This document shows, one piece after another, positions 36,092 to 44,234 of a stretch of DNA of 64,000 nucleotides. Each line of letters opens with the position of its first letter. Positions within the stretch are counted from its first letter, which is position 1. Source of the DNA: an uncultured Gammaproteobacteria bacterium (lineage in GTDB: Bacteria > Pseudomonadota > Gammaproteobacteria > JASBUN01); assembly GCA_963762165.1 (NCBI GenBank), contig CAVXJN010000003.1:1601066-1665065 (forward strand), in the 5' to 3' direction. The notes beneath the pieces are model-generated. The model was given only the letters and a program-made list of their open reading frames with translations. It was not told the origin of the DNA and ran no database searches. The position numbers and the translations under genes are program-made.

Positions 36092-38212
36092 ATGAACGAC
36101 GAATCACGCATACACGGCTTCAACCGCCGGCGTTTCCTGCAAGGCACGGCCATGATGGGACTGCTGGCGGGCTTCGAAAGCCTGACCCCGGCGTTCGCCT
36201 GGGACAAGAGCGGTAATCTGTCGGCGGCAAAAACCGCCCAGGGCGACACCGACATTTTCAACCTGAGCATTAAGCGCAAGCCGTTGCAGATCGGCAGCCG
36301 CATGGGTAATCCCATCACGCTCAATGGCTCCATCCCCGGCCCGTTGATTCGTCTGCGAGAAGGACGGGACGTGATTTTAAACGTTACCAACCATCTCGAT
36401 GAGGATACGTCCATCCATTGGCATGGGGTGTTGCTTCCCAACGGCATGGATGGCGTGCCGCTGGTGACGTTTCCGGGCATCAAACCCGGAGAGACCTTTA
36501 CCTATCGCTACCCGGTGCGGCAGCACGGCACTTATTGGTACCACAGCCACTCCGGACTGCAGGAACAGCTCGGCCACTACGGGCCGTTGGTCATCGACCC
36601 GGCCGAGCCTGAACCATTCCACTTCGATCGCGACTACGTTGTCATGCTTTCGGACTGGACATTTCATGACCCGCACACTGTCTATGCCAAGCTGAAGAAG
36701 GCCGAGGGTTACTACAACTACCAGAAGCGCACGGTGGCGGATTTCTTCGACGACGTGCAAAAAAAGGGCTGGCGAAACGCTTGGGCAGAGCGCGGCATGT
36801 GGGGCCGCATGCGCATGAGTTCGCGGGACATTCTCGATGTCACCGGCGCCGAGTACACCTATCTCATCAACGGCCTGCCGGCCGAGTCGAATTGGACCGG
36901 GTTGTTCAAGCCGGGTGAAAAAGTGCGCCTGCGCTTCATCAACGGTTCGGCGATGACGTTCTTCGACGTGCGCATCCCGGGATTGAAAATGACCGTGGTC
37001 GCCGCCGACGGCCAATACGTCGAGCCGGTGCCGGTGGACGAGTTCCGCATCGGCGTGGCCGAGACCTACGACGTGATCGTCGAGCCAAGCGAAGACCGCG
37101 CCTATACGGTATACGCCGAATCGATGGACCGTTCCGGTTTCGTGCGCGGCACGTTGGCGACCCGGGATGGTATGAGCGGCCCGATTCCTGAAATGCGCAA
37201 GCAAGTGGTCGAGCGCGGCATGGACTCGATGGGCATGGACATGCACGACATGCCGGGAATGGATGGCATGAAAGGCATGCACGGTATGTCCCAAAACGGT
37301 TCCGGCATGGACATGTCCAATTCCAATTCCAATTCCATTGACACGAACATGCAGTCGGGCGGTGCCATGGCCGGTATGGCTGCTGGTCATGAAGGTCAGA
37401 TGTCCGGAATGAACATGGGCGCGGCAAACGCCGGTAATACCGGTGGGGAAATGGCCGGCATGAAGATGGGTGATACCGGTAATGGTCACGGAACGCCCCA
37501 GATGGCGGGCGCCGCCATGGGGGGCACAGCCGGTGCTCAGATGTCGGGCATGAATCATTCCGGTCACGACATGAGCGGCACGTCGGCGATGTCGGCAATG
37601 AATCACAACAGCGCCGGCATGGCGGGGATGGAGCACGGCGGGTCCGCCATGAACATGCAGCCCGAAGCGGCCAAGCTTCCCACCGAAGGCCGCAAGGTCA
37701 GCCATGGTCCCGACAATCACGGGCCGGGCGCGGCCATGGTCGCGGAGTCTCCCAAGAGCAGGTTGGACGATCCGGGCGTCGGCCTGCAGGACGTCGGCCA
37801 CAAAGTGCTGGTGTACAACGATCTGCGCAGTCGCGTGATCTGGCCGGACAAGCGGCCGCCCGAACGGGAACTGGAATTACATCTGACCGGCAACATGGAA
37901 CGCTACATGTGGTCGTTCGATGGCAAAAAATACAGCGAGGTGCACGGCATCCAGTTCAAGTACAACGAGCGACTGCGCTTGATTCTGGTCAACGACACCA
38001 TGATGGATCATCCGATTCATCTCCATGGCATGTGGATGGAGCTGGAGAACCGGCACGGAGACTATCGGCCGCGCAAGCACACGATCAGCGTCAAGCCCGG
38101 CGAAATGGTCTCGGCGCTCATCACCGCCGACGCCAAAGGTCATTGGGCGTTCCATTGCCATCTTCTGTATCACATGGAAGCCGGCATGTTCCGCGTGGTC
38201 ACTGTAGCCTGA
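36092..38212 (+). CDS. copA: Copper-resistance multicopper oxidase CopA/PcoA (Tat-exported) with expanded Met-rich insert
   Basis: Twin-arginine signal FNRRRFLQG. Cu sites HWHGV, YWYHSH, HPIHLHG and HCHLLYHMEAGM. The Met/Gly/His-rich region spans aa ~361-522. Confidence 0.95.
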   Translation: MNDESRIHGFNRRRFLQGTAMMGLLAGFESLTPAFAWDKSGNLSAAKTAQGDTDIFNLSIKRKPLQIGSRMGNPITLNGSIPGPLIRLREGRDVILNVTNHLDEDTSIHWHGVLLPNGMDGVPLVTFPGIKPGETFTYRYPVRQHGTYWYHSHSGLQEQLGHYGPLVIDPAEPEPFHFDRDYVVMLSDWTFHDPHTVYAKLKKAEGYYNYQKRTVADFFDDVQKKGWRNAWAERGMWGRMRMSSRDILDVTGAEYTYLINGLPAESNWTGLFKPGEKVRLRFINGSAMTFFDVRIPGLKMTVVAADGQYVEPVPVDEFRIGVAETYDVIVEPSEDRAYTVYAESMDRSGFVRGTLATRDGMSGPIPEMRKQVVERGMDSMGMDMHDMPGMDGMKGMHGMSQNGSGMDMSNSNSNSIDTNMQSGGAMAGMAAGHEGQMSGMNMGAANAGNTGGEMAGMKMGDTGNGHGTPQMAGAAMGGTAGAQMSGMNHSGHDMSGTSAMSAMNHNSAGMAGMEHGGSAMNMQPEAAKLPTEGRKVSHGPDNHGPGAAMVAESPKSRLDDPGVGLQDVGHKVLVYNDLRSRVIWPDKRPPERELELHLTGNMERYMWSFDGKKYSEVHGIQFKYNERLRLILVNDTMMDHPIHLHGMWMELENRHGDYRPRKHTISVKPGEMVSALITADAKGHWAFHCHLLYHMEAGMFRVVTVA

Positions 38213-38229
38213 TGCCTGGGGAGAGCAAA

Positions 38230-39003
38230 ATGAATCGGACTATCCAATCCTGGGCGGCTGTGTGTCTTGCGGCAGCCGCGTTTTTCACGACATCCGTCAG
38301 TTGGGCGGCGCACGAACAGGCGTCAAGCTCCTTCGTACCCACAGTCATGCCCGAAGCCAAGTTCGCCAAGCTGATGATCGATCGCCTCGAATACGCCTGG
38401 GGTGAGGACGAAAACACCGTCAACTGGGATGCGCAGTTCTGGTATGGCGGCGACATCAACCGGCTCTGGATCGAGACCGAGGGTGAGGACGTCGCCTCCG
38501 GTGGCAGCGGCGGTGAGCTGGAATATCTGGACGTGATGTACAGCCGACGCATCTGGCCTTACTGGGACATCCAGGCGGGCGTGGGCTATCAGCGTGCCTA
38601 CGGTCCCGGGCCGGACCATGACCGCGGTTCGGTGGTGGTCGGCCTGCAGGGACTGGCGCCGTATTGGTTTGAGACCGATGCCAAGCTGCGCCTCAATGAA
38701 GGCGGGGCGATCTCAGCGGAGTTGGAAACCGAATACGACTGGCTGTTGTCCCAGCGACTGATCCTGCAGCCGCGTTTTACGACGTACTATTCGTCGCAGA
38801 AAGTCGAAGCGTTCGGCATCGGTCAGGGTATCAACTCCGTGCAAGCGGGACTTCGGCTGCGCTACGAAATCCGACGCGAGTTCGCACCCTACATCGGCGT
38901 CTATTACCGCAAGCTACTAGGTGAGACCGCCGATCTCGCCAAGGCGGATGGCGAAGATACCGGCGGCGCCGCGGTGGTCGCCGGTGTGCGCATGTGGTTC
39001 TAG
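38230..39003 (+). CDS. copB: Copper resistance protein B (CopB/PcoB outer-membrane protein)
   Basis: Signal peptide, DAQFWYGGDINRLW, and the C-terminus LRLRYEIRREFAPYIGVYYRK...VVAGVRMWF typical of CopB. Confidence 0.9.
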   Translation: MNRTIQSWAAVCLAAAAFFTTSVSWAAHEQASSSFVPTVMPEAKFAKLMIDRLEYAWGEDENTVNWDAQFWYGGDINRLWIETEGEDVASGGSGGELEYLDVMYSRRIWPYWDIQAGVGYQRAYGPGPDHDRGSVVVGLQGLAPYWFETDAKLRLNEGGAISAELETEYDWLLSQRLILQPRFTTYYSSQKVEAFGIGQGINSVQAGLRLRYEIRREFAPYIGVYYRKLLGETADLAKADGEDTGGAAVVAGVRMWF

Positions 39004-39266
39004 CCACCGGCCTCAGTGACGTGACCGATTTCGGCGGCAGACAGCGCTTACGGCGCGCACAGCGCGCCCTATGGTGGAGGCAGGATGGACGCCAGCGTTC
39101 AGTGGCGCGTGTTCTAGACCATCGCCTGCAGTTGGCGGGCAACGCCATTTGCGTAGGGCGGGCTATCTGCCCTCCGTAAGGCTTCCGACGCCGGGCATCG
39201 CGTTGCGCGATCCACACATGCCATCCCGCTGTCGCGGAGGCAGTTTCGCTCGCAAAAGGATCATCA

Positions 39267-39761
39267 ATGATGAAACGCTATTCATATCTGTTTGTTTTTC
39301 TGGCAGTGCTGCTGACCGGCTGCAGTGACGAAGCCGAACAGGCGCAGCCGTCTGCTGCGGCGCCTCAACAACCGAACCCGCAGTCCAAGGCCACCGGCCC
39401 GGCGGTCGACGAGACGACCCTGGCCTTGGGCAAGAAGGTGTTCGACAATCACTGTGCGAGCTGCCATGGCGGTAGCGGCCAGGGCGCGGACGACTGGCAG
39501 AAGCCCGGACCCGATGGCAAGTACCCGGCGCCGCCCTTGAATGGCACCGGCCATGCTTGGCACCACCCCATGGCGGCGCTGCAACAGACCATCCGCAACG
39601 GCACGGCGCGGATCGGCGGCAATATGCCGGCGTGGGAAAACGAGCTCAGCGACGAAGAAATCAATGCCGTGATCTACTGGTTTCAGTCGCAATGGCCGGT
39701 CGAGTTGTATGGCGCTTGGCGGGAAGCCGACGCCAGGGCGCGCTCCGGGGCTGGGAATTAA
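39267..39761 (+). CDS. c-type cytochrome lipoprotein (class I, monoheme)
   Basis: Lipobox LLTGCS, heme motif CASCHG, and a distal Met region GGNMPAW. Confidence 0.85.
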   Translation: MMKRYSYLFVFLAVLLTGCSDEAEQAQPSAAAPQQPNPQSKATGPAVDETTLALGKKVFDNHCASCHGGSGQGADDWQKPGPDGKYPAPPLNGTGHAWHHPMAALQQTIRNGTARIGGNMPAWENELSDEEINAVIYWFQSQWPVELYGAWREADARARSGAGN

Positions 39762-39879
39762 TGCGGAACGCGAGGGTCGTGCTAAATTGTGATCCAGGTC
39801 AGCACGAGCCCCGACGGTCCCTGGGGTTGTGCGCTTCATCGTAGGACGGATAGGAAGCGGTCTTAGCCGGCGTGAGAGA

Positions 39880-40350
39880 ATGATGAAGCCAGCAACAACG
39901 ACCAAGGCACTGTCGCGGCACATCACCGGCCCTTTTGCGCGGGATCGGGATCGGCAGGCTGCGCGCTGGCTGGCCGCCATTTGGCTGAGCTTTCTGCTGC
40001 TCAATTATTTGCAGCCCTGCTGCGAGGTGGTGACCGCGGCGGTACCCCATGGACATGGCGGCGCGTGGACAAATTTTGCTGCGACGAACACAGATGGACA
40101 TGCGCATCTTGGGCATGATCACGCGGGCCAGGACCATAAGCACTGCGCGACCTCGGACGGCATCGACACCGCTGTACCGGATTTTCTGACATCATCGTTT
40201 TCCAGCGCCGATATCCAGTTCGTCTTCGTCGGACTCGTTCTGACCCTTCTGTATAGCCTGGCTTCCCTGGTCCCTGTTCGTGTGGTGAACGATCGCGAAC
40301 GCGGACCTCCTCACCGGGTTTATCTCACTACGCTTCGGTTGCGTATCTAG
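39880..40350 (+). CDS. Hypothetical His-rich membrane protein
   Basis: TM segment LAAIWLSFLLLNYLQPCC, His-rich VPHGHGG...DGHAHLGHDHAGQDHKHC, and a second TM VFVGLVLTLLYSLASLV. No family recognised. Confidence 0.45.
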   Translation: MMKPATTTKALSRHITGPFARDRDRQAARWLAAIWLSFLLLNYLQPCCEVVTAAVPHGHGGAWTNFAATNTDGHAHLGHDHAGQDHKHCATSDGIDTAVPDFLTSSFSSADIQFVFVGLVLTLLYSLASLVPVRVVNDRERGPPHRVYLTTLRLRI

Positions 40351-40445
40351 GTCGAATCTCCTCCCGTTCCGGCAAACCATTGCCTGAACGTCAGTTTCCG
40401 TCGCTCAGGCGACGGTCCGTGAAGTCATTCGGAGGAGATATTGCC

Positions 40446-40874
40446 ATGATTGTCAATGAGCTCGCCAAGGCCGCAGGCGTCGAGCCGCACGTGGTCCGTT
40501 ACTACACCCGCATCGGTCTGCTACGACCCGCCCGTCACCCCGACAACGGTTACAAAATGTTCCGCCCGAGCGACATCCGACGCCTGGAATGGATCCGGCG
40601 CGCCCAAGAGTTGGGTTTCGGTTTGACCGAGGTCGCCGCTTTTCTTGAGGCGCAGGAGGCCGGTGAAACCGCTATGGTGCCGATGTGCGAAAGTCTTCGT
40701 CAAAACATCGAACGCAATCGCAGCCGTTTGTCGGAACTCCAAAAGCTCCAGGCGCGGATGGAGGCGGCAATGAACGCGTGGGATCGTTTTCAAACGGGTC
40801 CGTTGCGCGACCTCGCGGCCGCCGACGTGACTGCCTCAGAAGCGAACGGTCTCAACCTTTCTCGCATGACTTGA
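40446..40874 (+). CDS. MerR family transcriptional regulator
   Basis: GGAGGAGA RBS. HTH MIVNELAKAAGVEPHVVRYYTRIGLLRPARHPDNGYKMFRPSDIRRLEWIRRAQELGF, followed by a coiled-coil dimerisation helix. It has a single Cys (VPMCES) and no C-terminal CX7C. Confidence 0.9.
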   Translation: MIVNELAKAAGVEPHVVRYYTRIGLLRPARHPDNGYKMFRPSDIRRLEWIRRAQELGFGLTEVAAFLEAQEAGETAMVPMCESLRQNIERNRSRLSELQKLQARMEAAMNAWDRFQTGPLRDLAAADVTASEANGLNLSRMT

Positions 40875-40902
40875 CCTGATCGCTACACACAGGTTGTAGG
40901 CT
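40871..40902 (+). promoter_or_regulatory. Candidate MerR-type promoter (TTGACC, 20-bp spacer with dyad, TAGGCT)
   Basis: TTGACC at 40871-40876 and TAGGCT at 40897-40902. The over-long spacer contains the dyad CTACA-N7-TGTAG (40883-40899). It lies between the merR stop and the porin gene. Confidence 0.3.
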
Positions 40903-40989
40903 TGCGAAAACAGCGTAGGTCGCACGGATCCGGTCGTGTCCATGTCCGGAAAATTCGTGTCGAAAAAAAACAGCGGAGGAGTATCAATC

Positions 40990-42237
40990 ATGGGAGACTC
41001 AGCTCACAACCAGCGACTGGCGTTATGCGGTGCGTTGCTTCTGATCAATGCTGCACCCACGCTGGTCATGGCCGCCACCGATCCAGTAGAGGTGCTCCAA
41101 CGCCAGGTGGAACTGTTGCAAAAGCAGCTGAACGAGGTGCGCGCGCAGCTGCAGCAGCAGCGCCAAGCAGCCCCAGAAGGGCAGGCCAACAGCGCGGACA
41201 TCAAGGCACTCAAGCAGCAGGTGCGCGAAGTCTCGAAACAGCAGGCCGAGGCAAGCGAAGCGAATTCGGTCGTGCATTTGACCGGCTACGGCGCCATCGG
41301 CTTTTCCGACGCGCAGAACGGTGACAGCACGTTCAGCTCTCTGAGCTTCAACCCGATCTTTCATTACCAATACAAGAATCTGTTCCTGCTCGAAGCGGAG
41401 TTGGAATTGCAAGCGCTAGACGACGGCAGCACCAAAACGGCCCTCGAATACGGCGCTATAGACTGGTTTGTGAACGACTACATGGTGCTCCAAGCCGGCA
41501 AGTTCCTCAGCCCTATTGGCCAGTTCCGCCAGAACCTGCATCCGGCCTGGATCAACAAGTTTGCCTCTCTGCCGCCGGGCTTCGGAGAAGACGGTGCGGC
41601 TCCCGAGTCGGACTTGGGGGTGCAACTGCGCGGTGGCCTCCCGGTTGGCGACTCGATGGCGGTCAACTACTCGCTCTATGTAGGCAACGGACCGATGATC
41701 GAACTCAACGGCAACGAGGTCGAAGCCATTGCCGCAGAAGGATCCACCGGAAACGGCGATGGCAAGCTCGAGGTAGGCGGGCGAGTCGGTTTTCTGCCCA
41801 TGCCAGGGCTGGAGATCGGCCTGTCGGCAGGCGGCGGTGACGTGGGACCCATCGGCGAGGAATCGCTGTTGCGCAACTACGAGGTCTTGGGCGCCGATTT
41901 CGCCTGGGGTTCCAAAGCCTGGGAAGTCCGGGGCGAGTATGTCAAGTCCAAGGTCGGTTCCAATGCCGCCAGTGCAGCGCCGGACAGTGCCGAATGGAAA
42001 ACCTGGTATGTGCAAGGCGCCTATCGGTTTCTGCCGAGCAAGTGGGAAGCCGTGCTGCGCTACACCGACTACAACGCCAACGATCCCGCCCAATCCCAGG
42101 AGCAGTGGGGCGTTGGCGTGAACTACTGGTTCGCTCCCAATGCGGTGGCCAAGCTCGGCTATGAGTTCAACGACGGTCTTAGCGGCGAGCCTGCCGATGA
42201 CAACCGGTTGCTGCTGCAACTCGCCTACGGCTTCTAA
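40990..42237 (+). CDS. Outer-membrane porin-like beta-barrel with N-terminal coiled coil
   Basis: GGAGGAG RBS and signal peptide ...LVMA/ATD. Coiled coil VEVLQRQVELLQKQLNEVRAQLQQQ, alternating beta-strands, and a terminal LLLQLAYGF. No CxxCH motif. Confidence 0.75.
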   Translation: MGDSAHNQRLALCGALLLINAAPTLVMAATDPVEVLQRQVELLQKQLNEVRAQLQQQRQAAPEGQANSADIKALKQQVREVSKQQAEASEANSVVHLTGYGAIGFSDAQNGDSTFSSLSFNPIFHYQYKNLFLLEAELELQALDDGSTKTALEYGAIDWFVNDYMVLQAGKFLSPIGQFRQNLHPAWINKFASLPPGFGEDGAAPESDLGVQLRGGLPVGDSMAVNYSLYVGNGPMIELNGNEVEAIAAEGSTGNGDGKLEVGGRVGFLPMPGLEIGLSAGGGDVGPIGEESLLRNYEVLGADFAWGSKAWEVRGEYVKSKVGSNAASAAPDSAEWKTWYVQGAYRFLPSKWEAVLRYTDYNANDPAQSQEQWGVGVNYWFAPNAVAKLGYEFNDGLSGEPADDNRLLLQLAYGF

Positions 42238-42250
42238 GGGAGACAAGCAC

Positions 42251-42544
42251 ATGACCACAGTCCATCCGTTTTCCAGAAAGACTATTTTGATCCTCGCGGC
42301 CATCGCCGCATTTGGTCTGCTGCAGCCGCTTGCCGGCGCCGCGGATCAGAAATCCGATTCGGCGGCCTTTGCCCGCGGCGCCAAGGCCTGGGCCAACAAC
42401 TGTTCGCGCTGTCACAACATGCGCGACCCGAAGGATTTTACCGACGTGCAATGGCGGCCGATTGTGGCACACATGCGTGTGCGTGCCGGGCTGACCGGCC
42501 AGGAGGCGCGCGACATCCTGCTGTTTCTGCAAAGGAGCAACTGA
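42251..42544 (+). CDS. Small periplasmic monoheme c-type cytochrome
   Basis: AAGGGAGA RBS, signal peptide ...PLAGA/AD, and a single heme motif CSRCHNM. Confidence 0.7.
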   Translation: MTTVHPFSRKTILILAAIAAFGLLQPLAGAADQKSDSAAFARGAKAWANNCSRCHNMRDPKDFTDVQWRPIVAHMRVRAGLTGQEARDILLFLQRSN

Positions 42545-42885
42545 TGCGCAAAGCCACATTAGCGCTCAGCTTCGTATTCGCTTCGACACTATTGGTAGGC
42601 GCGGCGCAGGCCGATCCCCTGGCGCGCGGGCGCGAGGTGTATGACGGCACCTGCATCGCTTGTCACGGAGGCCACGGTGCCGGCGTGCTGCCGGGCGTTC
42701 CGGATTTGACGGCAAAAGACGGCCCGCTGACCAACCCGGATGCGGTTTTGATCGAACGGATCACCGATGGCTTTCAGAGTCCGGGCTCGATCATGGCGAT
42801 GCCGGCCAAAGGCGGCGATCCGAACTTGACCGAGGAAGACGTCCGCGCCGTGCTGCACTACATGCGGACCGAATTCGGTTCGTGA
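42544..42885 (+). CDS. Class I c-type cytochrome (c55x-like)
   Basis: Signal peptide ...GAAQA/DP, heme motif CIACHG, and distal ligand region GSIMAMPAKGG. ATGA-type overlap with the upstream gene. Confidence 0.85.
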   Translation: MRKATLALSFVFASTLLVGAAQADPLARGREVYDGTCIACHGGHGAGVLPGVPDLTAKDGPLTNPDAVLIERITDGFQSPGSIMAMPAKGGDPNLTEEDVRAVLHYMRTEFGS

Positions 42886-42931
42886 GGCATGCGCGGGGCG
42901 TCATCATTTGACTTTCAACAGAGGAAGCGCA

Positions 42932-43924
42932 ATGGTCATGCGTAAAATCAGAAATGCAATTCTTATTTGGTCGCTGTTGGCGGCGGCCGGCGCTGTGCAG
43001 GCGGCGCCCACTGTGTACATACCACTCGGTTCAGGTAACCAGGTGATCGCTGTGGACGGCGCCACCGATCAGATCGTCGCCACCTACTCGGGGCTCGACA
43101 ACCCCCATGGCCTGGTGGCTACGCCCGATGGCGAATATCTGGTTGCCGGCAGTCTCAAAGAAACGCCCGCGCCCGCCGGCGCATCGGCCGACACGCCGAC
43201 CAGTAAGCTCTTCCTGGTCCACCCCGAACATGGTCATGTGATGTCGACGATTCCAGTGGCCGGTTGGACCCATCACCAGGCCATCAGTCCCTCTGGGCGT
43301 TATGTCATTTCCACTCACGCCACCCGCGGTTACGTGACGGTATTGGATATGGTATCACAAGATCGTGCACACCATTCAAACCGGGCCGACCCCGAACTAT
43401 GCGGTATTCACACGCGACGGCAACACCGTGTAGTCAGCAACACCGGCAACGGCACCATCAGCCAGATCGATGTCGGAACCTGGAAAGTCAGTCGCACTCT
43501 GCAGGCAGGGCCGTCGCCTGAACACATTGTGTTATCCAAGGACGAGAAGACGATCTATACCGTCAATACACCTGCCGGCACGGTATCGGCGGTTTCCGTG
43601 GATACCGGTAAGGTGATCAAAACCTATCAACTAGCCAAAAACGTCCATGGGCTCGATCTCGGTGACGACGGCAAGACCCTGTTCGTCAGTTCCAAGCGCG
43701 ACCAAACCCTCACCGCGCTCGATACCGAGACCGGAAAACAGCGTTCGATTACGCTCGAGCCCTCGCCGTATCATCTAAACGTCATACCCGGCACCGGCAA
43801 AGTATACGTGTCCAGCAGCAAAAAGCCGGTGATCTGGGTGGTGGACCAGAAATCGCTGGCCGTGGAGAACACAATCAAGCTGCCGGCCGGTGAAGGCCAT
43901 CAAATGGCGGTGGTCGCACAATAA
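42932..43924 (+). CDS. YVTN/YncE-like beta-propeller repeat protein (one blade scrambled by a compensated frameshift)
   Basis: Signal peptide. Repeated blade pattern V.V(I/L)D....K(V/I)..T(I/Y)..G..P..(I/L)..S.DGK..YV. See the finding at 43355-43432. Confidence 0.8.
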   Translation: MVMRKIRNAILIWSLLAAAGAVQAAPTVYIPLGSGNQVIAVDGATDQIVATYSGLDNPHGLVATPDGEYLVAGSLKETPAPAGASADTPTSKLFLVHPEHGHVMSTIPVAGWTHHQAISPSGRYVISTHATRGYVTVLDMVSQDRAHHSNRADPELCGIHTRRQHRVVSNTGNGTISQIDVGTWKVSRTLQAGPSPEHIVLSKDEKTIYTVNTPAGTVSAVSVDTGKVIKTYQLAKNVHGLDLGDDGKTLFVSSKRDQTLTALDTETGKQRSITLEPSPYHLNVIPGTGKVYVSSSKKPVIWVVDQKSLAVENTIKLPAGEGHQMAVVAQ

Positions 43925-43977
43925 CGGCGCTGGCGCGTGCTCGTCGCTTGAAGAAGCCTAAAGACTGCGGAGAAACC

Positions 43978-44214
43978 ATGAAAATCGAGATTATTACGAC
44001 CCATTCTTGCAGTCATCGCGTCGGTCTGGAGCGGGAGTTGCAGGACCTCGGCTACGCCTATGAGCTGTTCTACGTGGAAGAGCACCCGGACATCGTTGCG
44101 CTGTACGGCATCCGGCACTCGCCCAATCTGGTAGTCAACGGCAAGGTGATTTGCCGAGGTCCGGAAGCGCTGCCGGAAGGTGAACTGCGCCGATTGATCG
44201 AAGCGCTGCAGTGA
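43978..44214 (+). CDS. Small thioredoxin-fold (Thioredoxin_3/glutaredoxin-like) protein lacking CxxC
   Basis: MKIEIITTHSCSHRVGLE...YGIRHSPNLVVNGKVICRG follows the small Trx-like layout. The usual C..C is C-S-H-R here. Confidence 0.6.
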   Translation: MKIEIITTHSCSHRVGLERELQDLGYAYELFYVEEHPDIVALYGIRHSPNLVVNGKVICRGPEALPEGELRRLIEALQ

Positions 44215-44234
44215 GGAAAGCGGAAATCGAGCAT

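Noticed and set aside
36377-37801. 474-aa ORF on the minus strand, antisense to copA
   Set aside because: It lies entirely inside the clearly recognisable copA gene. Its His/Arg/Gly-rich low-complexity product is the mirror image of the Met-rich GC-biased coding strand. It has no RBS or family features.
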